A DNA stretch of 64,000 nucleotides, from assembly GCA_963749075.1 (NCBI GenBank), contig CAVVLJ010000020.1, positions 608,001-672,000 of the forward strand, read 5' to 3'. Made by a program: the position numbers and the translations under genes. A model generated the notes under the pieces. That model was not told where the DNA came from, made no database searches, and worked only from the letters and a program-made list of their open reading frames with translations. This DNA comes from an uncultured Pseudomonadota bacterium (GTDB lineage: Bacteria; Pseudomonadota; Alphaproteobacteria; JACZXZ01). Of this stretch, positions 1 to 9,104 are shown piece by piece; within the stretch, counting starts at the first letter, position 1; every line of letters starts with the position of its first letter.

Positions 1-395
1 AGGCGGGCGAGCTCTCCTACGGTGCCTTGAAGCGCCTCGAGATCGCCCGCGCCCTCGCGACCGGGCCCAGGCTTCTCCTCCTCGACGAGCCCGCGGCCGG
101 CCTCAATGCGCGCGAGACGCAGGAGATCGACGCCCTCATCGCCAGGCTGGCCAAGGGCGGCATCACCGTGCTCCTCGTCGAGCACGACATGAAGCTGGTC
201 ATGGGCGTCTCCGACCGCATCCTCGTGCTCGACTACGGCCGCAAGCTCGCCTGTGGCACGGCGTTCGACGTACGCAACGACCCGGAGGTGATCGCAGCAT
301 ATCTCGGCCATGCCGGGAGCGCTCTCGCCCAGCCGTCGTCGGGACGCAAGAAGCCCGCCGGTCCCCCGCCCATCGACGTGTCGGGAGAGCCCTGA
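1..395 (+). CDS. livG: Branched-chain amino acid ABC transporter ATP-binding protein (LivG-like), 5' truncated by window edge
   Basis: LSYGALKRLEIARALATGPRLLLLDEPAAG signature/Walker B, VEHDM H-loop, C-terminal VIAAYLG; stop overlaps the livF start. Confidence 0.85.
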   Translation, partial: AGELSYGALKRLEIARALATGPRLLLLDEPAAGLNARETQEIDALIARLAKGGITVLLVEHDMKLVMGVSDRILVLDYGRKLACGTAFDVRNDPEVIAAYLGHAGSALAQPSSGRKKPAGPPPIDVSGEP

Positions 396-1099
396 TGCTG
401 CTCAAGATCGACGGGCTCTCGAGCCACTACGGCCGCATCCAGGCGCTCCGCGGCATAGCGCTCGAGGTCTTGGAGGGCGAGCTCGTGGCCCTCGTCGGCG
501 CCAACGGCGCGGGCAAGACGACGTTGCTCCGCACCATCTCCGGCGTGCGGCCGGCGAGTGCCGGCACCATCCGCTTCGACGGCGAGGACATCACGCGCGG
601 CTCGCCGGCGCGCCGCGTGCGCCTCGGCATCGCCCAGGTGCCCGAGGGCCGCCACGTCTTCGGCCCGCTCTCGGTCGAGGACAATCTCGCCCTCGGCGGC
701 TACACCCGGCCGCGCCGCGAGGCCGCGAAGACGCTGCAAGAGGTCTACGAGCGCTTCCCGGCACTCGCCGAGCGCCGCCGCCAGCCGGCCGGCACGCTCT
801 CGGGCGGGCAGCAGCAGATGCTGGCGATCGGCCGGGCGCTCATGGCCAAGCCCCGCCTCCTCCTCCTCGACGAGCCGAGCATGGGGCTCGCCCCCATGCT
901 CGTCGAGGACATCTTCCGCACCGTGCAGCAGTTGAAGGAGCTCGGCACCACGGTGCTCCTCGTCGAGCAGAACGCCTATGCGGCCCTTGCCATCGCCGAG
1001 CGCGGCTACGTCATGGAGACCGGCCGCATCGTCCTCGCCGACAGCGGCCGGGCGCTCCTCGAGAACGAGCAGGTCAAGGCGGCCTATCTCGGGCTGTGA
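395..1099 (+). CDS. livF: Branched-chain amino acid ABC transporter ATP-binding protein LivF
   Basis: GANGAGKTT Walker A, QVPEGR, LSGGQQQMLAIGRALM, LLLDEPSMGLAP, VEQNA, AYLG. Confidence 0.92.
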   Translation: MLLKIDGLSSHYGRIQALRGIALEVLEGELVALVGANGAGKTTLLRTISGVRPASAGTIRFDGEDITRGSPARRVRLGIAQVPEGRHVFGPLSVEDNLALGGYTRPRREAAKTLQEVYERFPALAERRRQPAGTLSGGQQQMLAIGRALMAKPRLLLLDEPSMGLAPMLVEDIFRTVQQLKELGTTVLLVEQNAYAALAIAERGYVMETGRIVLADSGRALLENEQVKAAYLGL

Positions 1100-1138
1100 C
1101 CGCCCGCTCACCGCGCGCGCCGACTGGAGATGGCAAGG

Positions 1139-1168
1139 AATCCCTCTCCCGTAAACGGGAGTGGGATT
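1139..1168. repeat. Hairpin of CCCTCTCCC/GGGAG type (REP-like or terminator) after livF
   Basis: AATCCCTCTCCCG-TAAA-CGGGAGTGGGATT imperfect inverted repeat. Confidence 0.5.
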
Positions 1169-1303
1169 TATCGCGACCGGCGGCGGCGCGGCGATGTGTG
1201 CATCAATTCGCGCCTTCGCGGGGACAAGCTTCGCGGGAAAGACGACGAGGCACGCGTCCACACGATCGGGTCATGCTCCGACGGCATGGAACGTTCCGCC
1301 CGC

Positions 1304-1339
1304 TTGACATCAAAACATCAACATGTCTATGCTTTGATG
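1304..1339 (+). promoter_or_regulatory. Sigma70 promoter of vapBC-1 with overlapping inverted-repeat operator; likely leaderless mRNA
   Basis: TTGACA (1304-1309), 18-nt spacer, TATGCT (1328-1333), ATG at 1341; CATCAAA (1308-1314) and TTTGATG (1333-1339) form an inverted repeat. Confidence 0.7.
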
Positions 1340-1340
1340 C

Positions 1341-1589
1341 ATGAGAACGACCCTCACCATCGACGATGACGTGGCCGCCGTGCTCTTGCGCCTGCGCAAG
1401 AGCCGCGAGGCGAGCATGAAGACCCTCATCAACGAGGCGCTGCGGCGCGGCCTCAAGGATATGGGCGCGCGCACCAAGCGGCGCGGGCCGGTGCGCACAC
1501 GCTCGGTCTCGCTCGGACGGCTGCGCATGGCCGGTATCGACAACATCGCCGAGGCGCTCGCCATTGCGGAGGGCGAGGCCTTCAAGTGA
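1341..1589 (+). CDS. vapB: VapB-type antitoxin (ribbon-helix-helix)
   Basis: MRTTLTIDDDV RHH N-terminus, 82 aa, GTGA overlap with a PIN gene. Confidence 0.85.
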   Translation: MRTTLTIDDDVAAVLLRLRKSREASMKTLINEALRRGLKDMGARTKRRGPVRTRSVSLGRLRMAGIDNIAEALAIAEGEAFK

Positions 1590-2017
1590 TCCTGCTCGAC
1601 GCCAATATCCTCATCTATGCCCATGTCAGCTCCTTTGCGCGCCACCACGCCGCCCGCAACTGGCTCGACCGTCAACTGAACGGCCCCGCTTCCGTCGGGC
1701 TGCCATGGCCAAGTCTCCTTGCATTTCTGCGCCTGGTGACGAATCCGCGGGTGTTCGAGCATCCCGAGCCGATGGCCGAGGCATGGCGCCAAGTGCTTCT
1801 ATGGCTCGCGTGCGAGACGGCGTGGGTGCCGCAGCCGACGGAGCGTCATGCGGAGCTGCTTGGCGAGTTCCTCGGCCTTGCGGGCGTACTTGGCAATCTC
1901 GTGCCGGACGCGCATCTCGCCGCTTTGGCGGTCGAGCACGGGCTTACGCTATGCTCCACGGACGGCGACTTCGCGCGCTTCCCCGGCTTGCGCTGGGTCA
2001 ACCCCCTCGCGGCGTGA
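1586..2017 (+). CDS. vapC: VapC PIN-domain ribonuclease toxin
   Basis: ILLDANILIYA, GNLVPDAHLAALAVEHG, STDGDFARF PIN acidic motifs. Confidence 0.9.
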   Translation: MILLDANILIYAHVSSFARHHAARNWLDRQLNGPASVGLPWPSLLAFLRLVTNPRVFEHPEPMAEAWRQVLLWLACETAWVPQPTERHAELLGEFLGLAGVLGNLVPDAHLAALAVEHGLTLCSTDGDFARFPGLRWVNPLAA

Positions 2018-2026
2018 GGCGCATCC

Positions 2027-4082
2027 TTACGGCGCGCCGTCCTCCTCGATCCGCGGCAGCGTCATGTCCGGCTCGTGGGCGAGCAGCACCCAGCCGCTCC
2101 AGCCCCAGCGGTCGACGGCCATCGCGCGCTGCACGGTGCGCCCGGGCAGCAGCGCCGCCTCGAGCTCGGCGCGCGGCGCGTTCTCGTCGCGCACGGCGCG
2201 GCCGAAGGTGAGGAAGCTGCCGACGTGGTAGAGGCGCTGCTCGACAACGGTGCCGAGCCACAGGCGGGAGGAGCGTCCGTCGCCGGTGTCGAGCTCGACC
2301 GGCGCCCGCCAGAGCCGCAGGATGAGGCGCTTCGCCGGCCCTTTCTCGGGCCGGATGAGGATGAGCCGCGCCGGCCGCCCGTCGTGGAGCTGTGTGAGGA
2401 CGGGGAGATCGGAGAGCTCGGCGCCCGGCTCGAGCCAGGCGAGCGCCGAGCCGAGCGTCCAGGGCGGCGGCTCGCTCCAGCCGCGTGCCGCGAGCGCCGT
2501 CTCGAGCGCCGGCAGCGTGCCCGCCCATTGCAGCGTGATCGGCTCCTCGAGGCCGCCCGCGAGATCGATGCGCCGGGCCGGCTCGTCGGCCCAGCCGTCC
2601 CGCCACCATTCCGCCGCCGCCATGTGACTGATGACGGGCCTCAGCGCGTAGCGGTGGAGATCGCCGCGGAAGTGCCCGCTCGCGTGATAGACGCCCGCCG
2701 TGGCGAGGACGAGGGCGGCGAGGCCGAGGAGCCCGCCGGCGCCGACCTTCTGCGGCCGGTGATTGAGGTAGACGATGCCGAGCCCCGCCACCCAGGCGAG
2801 GGCAAAGGCGAAGCCGACCGCCGCGTCCGAGGTCCAGCGCACGCCCAAATAGACGCGCGAGAAGGCGATGAGGAAGACCAGCACGCTCATGAGGATGGCG
2901 AGCGCCAGAACGTCCGCGCGCCGCGAGCTCGCGTCCGGCGAGCACGGCAAGGAGGCCGTAGACCGTCCCGCACACCGCCGTATGGCCAAGAGTGAAGGCG
3001 AGGCGGCTCGCCTCCTCGAGCGGCATCGGGCGCGGCAGGCCGAGGAGGACGGCGAGCCCTGATGCGAAGAGGCCAGCGACGGCGATGCCGCCCAGCCAAT
3101 AGGCGGCTGCCCGCCGTCCGCCTCGCGCGGCGAGCCAGAGCGCTGCGGCAAGCGCCACCGCACCCGTGACCAGCGGGTCGCCGAGCTCCTTCAGCACGAC
3201 CAAGGCGCGGTCCGCCCAGGCGCTGTGCACGCCCTGGAGGAAGTTGAGCACCGCCTGGTCCATGCGCAGGACGGGCTCGCCCGCACCCGTGTCGTCGAGA
3301 ACGGCGAGGAGGCCAGTGATGCCGCCGCCGAGGAGGAGGACGAGGAGCGCCAGGCCCTTCACCTCGTCATGGCTCGGATCGAGGAGCGAGAGGACCTCGC
3401 GGCTCGCCCAGTTGTCGTGATGCCGCGCCCAAAGCCAGAGCCTCGAAGCACCGCCCGCGAGGAGCGGCAGTCCCTTGCCCACGGCGAGGCGCACCAACAG
3501 CACGATGAGCCAGAGCACCACCGCGAGGACGACGATCATCACCAGGAGCCGGCCGCCGACGGCGCCCGCCACCGCGAGCGAGGCGCCCACGATCACCGCG
3601 GGCACGATGTGCGCGATGGCCCAGGCGAAAGCCGAGACGATGTTGACCACGTAGAAGCGCCAGGGCTCCATGCGCAGGATGCCGGCGACGAGGGGGACGA
3701 TGGCGCGGATCGCCGGCGTGAAGCGGGCGATGAGGATGCTCTTGCCGCCGTGCTTGTCGAAGGCCGCCTGCCCGAGTGCGATGAGCTGGGGATATTTCTT
3801 GAGCGGCCACATCTCCGCGATCTCGCGGTGGTAGCGCTGGCCGAGCCAGAAGGAGAAGCCGTCGCCGACGATGGCGCCCAGGATGGCGGAGCCGAGGAGC
3901 CACCAGATGTCGATGGCGCCGCTCGGCACCAAGGCCGCGATGGTCACGATGATGGTGGTGCCGGGAATGAAGGAGCCGAGCACGGGCAGCGATTCGGAGA
4001 AGGACAGCACGAGGACGAGCCCGTAGGCGAGATGCTGGTTGCTGCCGACCGCCTCGACGATCTTGTGGAGGATGTCGCCCAT
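2027..4082 (-). pseudogene. DedA/VTT + PAP2-like + LssY-like membrane protein split by a frameshift near 2910 (real or assembly error)
   Basis: DedA motifs (ESLPVLGSFIPG, GDGFSFWLG, ARFTPAIR) in one frame; hydrophobic PAP2 C-terminus (SRVYLGVRWTSD) and EPITLQWAG continue in another frame. Confidence 0.75.
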
Positions 4083-4083
4083 C

Positions 4084-4290
4084 TTAGGCCGGGTCCGTCT
4101 CCTTCGCCTTCGCGACGGCCGCGCGCAGCAGCTCGATGTCGCCGATGTGATTGGCGAGGAGCAGGACCAGCTTGGCGTCGAGCTTGAGGCTCTCCTCGGC
4201 GCTCAAGCCCGCATGGGCCGCGATCAGGAGGGCGTAGAGCTCGTCGGGTGCCGCGAGGTTGAGCGTGTCCTTGAGCGGCACGGCGCTCAC
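4084..4290 (-). CDS. DUF2783-like small protein
   Basis: PDELYALLIAAHAGLSAEESLKLDAKLVLLLANHIGD; GTG start overlaps the stop of the upstream monooxygenase. Confidence 0.8.
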   Translation of the reverse strand: MSAVPLKDTLNLAAPDELYALLIAAHAGLSAEESLKLDAKLVLLLANHIGDIELLRAAVAKAKETDPA

Positions 4291-5948
4291 TCCCCGGCCT
4301 CGGCCAGCGCTGCCCGGCTGGCAAGGCCGCAGGCGCGCGCCAGTGCCTCCGCGAGCGCGCGCCCGTCGATCTTGCGCCAGCGCGCCGCCACGTGCTGGTC
4401 CGGCCGCAGGAGATAGGCGGTGCCGGGCCGCGCATCGTAGCGGCGGAAGGCCGTGCCCTCGCCGTCGACGAGTGCCTGATTCGCGCCGCCCGCCGAGGCG
4501 ACGGCGACCAGTCGCACGGGCGGCAAGCCGCGTGGCAAGGCAGCACGCGCCGCCGCGGCCTGGCCGCCATCGTCGAAGGCGAGGAGCGTGAAGCCGCCGG
4601 CGAGCGCGTCTAAGAGCCAGGCCTTGCCGCCATCGCAAAGGAGCGGCGCATCGGGGGCGGCGGCGCCCGGCGCCAGCGCACCGGCGAAGCCGTCGCGGTC
4701 GGGGGTGTTGAGGGGCGAGCCGGCAAGGACGGCGGGTGTCGAGAGCCGGCCGCTGTTGACGAAGGCGCGCGCCATGGGCGCCTTGCCGGCGAGCTCGAGC
4801 ACGGCGTCGCGGAAGGCCACGGCCGCGGCACCCTTGGCCGACATGAAGTCGGTGGTGCGCGCGGCGATCGCCACGTTGTCGCGCGCCGCCGGCACGCGCT
4901 CGTCGTCGTAACTGTCGAGAAGGGCGTCCGGCGCTTGGCCGGAGAGGACCAGGGCGAGCTTCCAGGCGAGGTTGTCGGCGTCCTGGACGCCGCTGTTGCC
5001 GCCGCGGGCGCCGAAGGGCGACACCTGGTGCGCCGCGTCGCCTGCGAAGAGGACGCGGCCATGGCGGAAGCGCTCGAGCATGCGGCACTGGAAGCGATAG
5101 ACGCTCACCCATTCGAGCTCGAAGGGGCGCGTGGGACCGAGCATGGCGGCGAGCCGCGGCACCACGCGCTCGGGCATGCGCTCCGCCTCGGGATCGGCCT
5201 CGGGACCGAGCTGCAGGTCGATGCGCCAGATGTCGTCCGCCTGGCGGTGGAGCAGGGCCGAAGGCCCGGCGTGGAAGGGCGGGGCGAACCAGAACCAGCG
5301 CTCGGTCGGGAAATCGGCCTTCATCTTGACGTCGGCGATGAGGAAGCGGTCCTCGAAGCTGCGGCCCTCGAACTCGAGGCCGAGGAGGCGGCGGAGCGTG
5401 CTCTTGGCGCCGTCCGCCGCGATGACGTACTCGGCCGCAAGCGCGTAGGGGCCGTCCGGGGTCTCGACCTCGAGCGTGACGCCGCCGCGTTCCTCGCGCA
5501 CGCCCGCGACGCGGTGCTTCCAGCGGATATCCATGGCGGCGAGCGCCTCGGCGCGCGCGACGAGCGCCTCCTCGACGTAATATTGCTGGAGGTTGATGAA
5601 GGCGGGGAACTTGTGGCCGGGCTCGGGCAAGAGGTCGAAGCTATAGAGGAGGCGCTCGCGGTGGAAGACCTTGCCGCGGCTCCAGGTGATGCCCTTCGCC
5701 ATCATGGGGGCCGCAGCGCCCAGGCGGTCGAAGATCTCGAGGGTGCGCTTGGCCCAGCAGATGGCGCGGCTGCCTGTGCTCACCGTGTCGTCCTCGCCGA
5801 GCACCACGGTCTCGACGCCGCGCACGGCGAGATCGATGGCCGCCGCGAGCCCGACCGGGCCGGCCCCCACCACCGCCACCTGGTGGCGCCGTCCCGGGCG
5901 CTCGCGGACCGGGCGATAGGCGAAGGCGGGATAGCGGTAGCTGGTCAT
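4287..5948 (-). CDS. FAD-dependent aromatic monooxygenase (MhpA/PheA-like, group A)
   Basis: GAGPVG Rossmann motif, AADG, GDAAHQVSPFGARGGNSG, C-terminal RPDQHV domain. Confidence 0.88.
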   Translation of the reverse strand: MTSYRYPAFAYRPVRERPGRRHQVAVVGAGPVGLAAAIDLAVRGVETVVLGEDDTVSTGSRAICWAKRTLEIFDRLGAAAPMMAKGITWSRGKVFHRERLLYSFDLLPEPGHKFPAFINLQQYYVEEALVARAEALAAMDIRWKHRVAGVREERGGVTLEVETPDGPYALAAEYVIAADGAKSTLRRLLGLEFEGRSFEDRFLIADVKMKADFPTERWFWFAPPFHAGPSALLHRQADDIWRIDLQLGPEADPEAERMPERVVPRLAAMLGPTRPFELEWVSVYRFQCRMLERFRHGRVLFAGDAAHQVSPFGARGGNSGVQDADNLAWKLALVLSGQAPDALLDSYDDERVPAARDNVAIAARTTDFMSAKGAAAVAFRDAVLELAGKAPMARAFVNSGRLSTPAVLAGSPLNTPDRDGFAGALAPGAAAPDAPLLCDGGKAWLLDALAGGFTLLAFDDGGQAAAARAALPRGLPPVRLVAVASAGGANQALVDGEGTAFRRYDARPGTAYLLRPDQHVAARWRKIDGRALAEALARACGLASRAALAEAGE

Positions 5949-7249
5949 TTCGGCCTGAGGTCGATGACGCGCTTCGCCTTGCCGAGCGAGCGCTCGACGG
6001 CACCGTGTGCGGCCACCTTCACCTCGACCGTGACGCCGATATAGGCCTTGACCTCATGCTCGAGCGCCTTGGCCGCATCCGCCTGGGCCGCGGGCGGCAG
6101 GCCCGCAGCACCTTCGACCACGACGGCGAGGGTGTCGAGCCGGCCCTCGCGCTTGACCTCGAGCACGTAATGGGGCGACAGCCGCGCGTCCTTGAGGATG
6201 AGCTCCTCGATCTGGGTTGGGAAGAGGTTGACGCCGCGGATGATCAGCATGTCGTCCGTGCGGCCGGTGATGCGCGCGAAGCGCCGGAAGCTGCGCGCGG
6301 TGCCGGGCAGCAGGCGCGTGAGATCCCGCGTGCGGTAGCGGATGACGGGGAAGCCCTCCTTGGTGAGCGTGGTGAAGACGAGCTCGCCGAAGGCGCCCTC
6401 CGGCAGCACCGCGGCGTCGGCAGGGTCGATCACCTCGGGATAGAAATGGTCCTCCCAGATGGTGGGTCCGTCCTTGGTCTCGACGCATTCGTTGGCGACG
6501 CCCGGCCCCATCACCTCGGAGAGGCCGTAGATATCGACCGCGTCGATGGCGAAGCGGGCCTCGATCTCCTTGCGCATCGCCTCGGTCCAGGGCTCGGCAC
6601 CATGGATGCCGATGCGGAGCGAGCAGGCGCTGGCGTCGCGGCCCTGGCGCTGGAACTCGTCGGCGATCGCCAGCATGTAGCTCGGCGTCACCATGACGAT
6701 GTCGGGCTTGAAGTCGGCGATGAGCTGGACCTGGCGCTCGGTCATGCCGCCCGAGACGGGGATCACGGTGCAGCCGAGCCGCTCGGCGCCGTAATGGGCG
6801 CCGAGGCCGCCGGTGAAGAGGCCGTAGCCGTAGGCCACGTGAACGATGTCGCCCGGCCGGCCGCCCGAGGCGCGGATCGAGCGCGCCATGAGGGTTGCCC
6901 AGACGTTGATGTCGCCCTCGGTATAGCCGACGACCGTCGGCTTCCCCGTGGTGCCCGAGGACGCATGGATGCGCACGATCCTCTCGCGCGGCACCGCGAA
7001 CATGCCGAAGGGATAGTTGCGCCGCAGGTCCTCCTTGGTGGTGAAGGGGAACCTGGCGAGATCCTCGAGATGCTTGAAGTCGCCCGGATGCACGCCCGCT
7101 GCGGCGAAGGCCTCCCGGTAATGGGGCACGTTCGCGTAGGCATGCGCGAGCGTGCGCTTGAGACGCTCGGTCTGCAGGCCTGCGATCTCGTCGCGGCTCG
7201 CCCTCTCGATCGGCTCCAGCTCGCCCTTCTGCGGCACCCGCGCCGGCAT
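5945..7249 (-). CDS. paaK: Phenylacetate-CoA ligase
   Basis: HASSGTTGKP, YGYGLFTGG, DIYGLSEVMGPG, RYRTRD, GKAKRVID. Confidence 0.95.
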   Translation of the reverse strand: MPARVPQKGELEPIERASRDEIAGLQTERLKRTLAHAYANVPHYREAFAAAGVHPGDFKHLEDLARFPFTTKEDLRRNYPFGMFAVPRERIVRIHASSGTTGKPTVVGYTEGDINVWATLMARSIRASGGRPGDIVHVAYGYGLFTGGLGAHYGAERLGCTVIPVSGGMTERQVQLIADFKPDIVMVTPSYMLAIADEFQRQGRDASACSLRIGIHGAEPWTEAMRKEIEARFAIDAVDIYGLSEVMGPGVANECVETKDGPTIWEDHFYPEVIDPADAAVLPEGAFGELVFTTLTKEGFPVIRYRTRDLTRLLPGTARSFRRFARITGRTDDMLIIRGVNLFPTQIEELILKDARLSPHYVLEVKREGRLDTLAVVVEGAAGLPPAAQADAAKALEHEVKAYIGVTVEVKVAAHGAVERSLGKAKRVIDLRPK

Positions 7250-7275
7250 GACGTTACCTCCAAAAAGAGAGTTTT

Positions 7276-7363
7276 TAGCGCGGAGGAAGCGGAGGTTTCG
7301 CAGAGGGCGCAGTGATTGTTATACCTCCGCGTACCCTGCGCCTCCTCCGCCTCCTCCGCGTTG
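7276..7363. repeat. Imperfect inverted array of ~9-nt CGCGGAGG-type units between paaJ and paaK
   Basis: Left arm AGCGCGGAGG-AAGCGGAGG-TTTCGCAGAG-GGCGCAG; right arm reverse complement AACGCGGAGG-AGGCGGAGG-AGGCGCAGGG-TACGCGGAGG. Confidence 0.65.
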
Positions 7364-7410
7364 ACCCTTTCTTGTCTTCTCTTCCGTGCCTCCTTTGTGA
7401 ATTTATCTCC

Positions 7411-8616
7411 TCACGCCCGCTCGATCACCATGGCGATGCCTTGGCCGACGCCGATGCACATGGTGGTAAGCGCATAGCGGCCCTTGCGCCGGGCGAGCTC
7501 GTAGCCGGCGGTGAGCACGAGGCGCGCGCCCGAGGCGCCGAGGGGATGGCCGAGGGCGATGGCGCCGCCGTTGGGGTTGACGTGCTCGGCGTCGTCCGGC
7601 AGGCCGAGCTGGCGCAGGACCGCGAGCGCCTGGGCGGCAAAGGCCTCGTTGAGCTCGATCACCGCCATCTCGGCGAGCCCGAGGCCCAAGCGCTCGAGGA
7701 GCTTCCTCGTGGCCGGCGCCGGCCCGATGCCCATGATGCGGGGTGCGACGCCGGCGCTCCCGGCACCGACTACGCGGGCCTTGGGCGTAAGCCCGTATTG
7801 CTTCACCGCGCGCGCGGAGGCGAGGAGGAGGGCGGCCGAGCCGTCGTTCACGCCCGAGGCATTGCCGGCCGTCACCGTGCCGCCCTTGCGGAACGGCGCC
7901 GGCAGCTTGGCGAGCGCCTCGAGCGTGGTGTCGGGCCGCGGATGCTCGTCCTCGGTCACGACCTTGGGCTCGCCCTTCCGCTGCGCGATGCTGACCGGCA
8001 CGATCTCGGCGGCCAAGGCGCCGTTCTTCATGGCAACGCCGGCGTGCGCCTGGGAGCGCTGGGCGAAGGCGTCCTGGTCGGCGCGCGAGATCTGGAACTC
8101 CTCGGCCACGTTCTCGCCGGTCTCGGGCATGGAATCGATGCCGTACTGGGCCTTCATGAGCGGGTTGACGAAGCGCCAGCCGATGGTGGTGTCGTAGATC
8201 TCGGCTGAACGGCTGAAGGCGGCCTCCGCCTTGGGCATGACGAAGGGTGCCCTGCTCATGCTCTCGACGCCGCCCGCGATCATGAGGTCGGCCTCGCCCG
8301 TCTTGATGGCGCGCGCGCATTGCGCGACCGCCTCCATGCCCGAGCCGCAGAGGCGGTTGACGGTGACGCCGGAGACAGCACTCGGGAGACCCGCGAGAAG
8401 GGCCGCCATGCGCGCCACATTGCGGTTGTCCTCGCCCGCCTGGTTGGCGCAGCCGTAGATCACGTCGTCGAGCGCCTCCCAGGCAATACCCGGGTTGCGC
8501 TTGATAAGCGCCTTGATAGGCACGGCCGCGAGATCGTCGGTGCGCACTCCCGCGAGGACGCCGCCGTAGCGCCCGATGGGCGTGCGCACCGCGTCGCAGA
8601 TAAAGGCTTCGCTCAT
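7411..8616 (-). CDS. paaJ: 3-oxoadipyl-CoA thiolase (PaaJ/PcaF)
   Basis: [42 protein letters not shown]. Confidence 0.93.
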   Translation of the reverse strand: MSEAFICDAVRTPIGRYGGVLAGVRTDDLAAVPIKALIKRNPGIAWEALDDVIYGCANQAGEDNRNVARMAALLAGLPSAVSGVTVNRLCGSGMEAVAQCARAIKTGEADLMIAGGVESMSRAPFVMPKAEAAFSRSAEIYDTTIGWRFVNPLMKAQYGIDSMPETGENVAEEFQISRADQDAFAQRSQAHAGVAMKNGALAAEIVPVSIAQRKGEPKVVTEDEHPRPDTTLEALAKLPAPFRKGGTVTAGNASGVNDGSAALLLASARAVKQYGLTPKARVVGAGSAGVAPRIMGIGPAPATRKLLERLGLGLAEMAVIELNEAFAAQALAVLRQLGLPDDAEHVNPNGGAIALGHPLGASGARLVLTAGYELARRKGRYALTTMCIGVGQGIAMVIERA

Positions 8617-9104
8617 TTGGGCTCCCTCTCTCGCTCGCCGTGAGCGGGCTCGGGTGCTGCCACCACCTCTCCCGCGATGACGCGCGAATTGCCGCGGAAG
8701 AGGGCGACGAGCTCGCCCGCCTCGTTGCTCACCTTCACGTCGTAGACGCCGCCCCGGCCGGCGAGCGTCTGCTCGGCCGCCTCGGCGCTGAGGACCTCGC
8801 CGAGCCGTGCCGGCTTGAGAAAGCTGATGGTGCAGTGCTGGGCCACGGCGTTCCGGTTGTGCGAGTTGCAGGAGAAGGCGAAGGCGGTGTCGGCGAGGGT
8901 GAAGATGAGGCCGCCATGGCAGGTGCCGTGGCCGTTCACCATGTCCTCGCGCACCGTCATGCAAGTCTGCGCGTAACCGGGGCGGATGGCGAGGAGTTGG
9001 ATGCCGAGCGCCCGGGAGGCGCTGTCCCGCGCGTACATGCCTACCCCCACCGCGTCCGCCAGGCGCTGCGCCCGCCCGCGGCTCCCGCCCGCCGCCTCAG
9101 CCAT
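8613..9104 (-). CDS. paaI: Phenylacetyl-CoA thioesterase (hotdog fold)
   Basis: [37 protein letters not shown]. Confidence 0.92.
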   Translation of the reverse strand: MAEAAGGSRGRAQRLADAVGVGMYARDSASRALGIQLLAIRPGYAQTCMTVREDMVNGHGTCHGGLIFTLADTAFAFSCNSHNRNAVAQHCTISFLKPARLGEVLSAEAAEQTLAGRGGVYDVKVSNEAGELVALFRGNSRVIAGEVVAAPEPAHGEREREPK

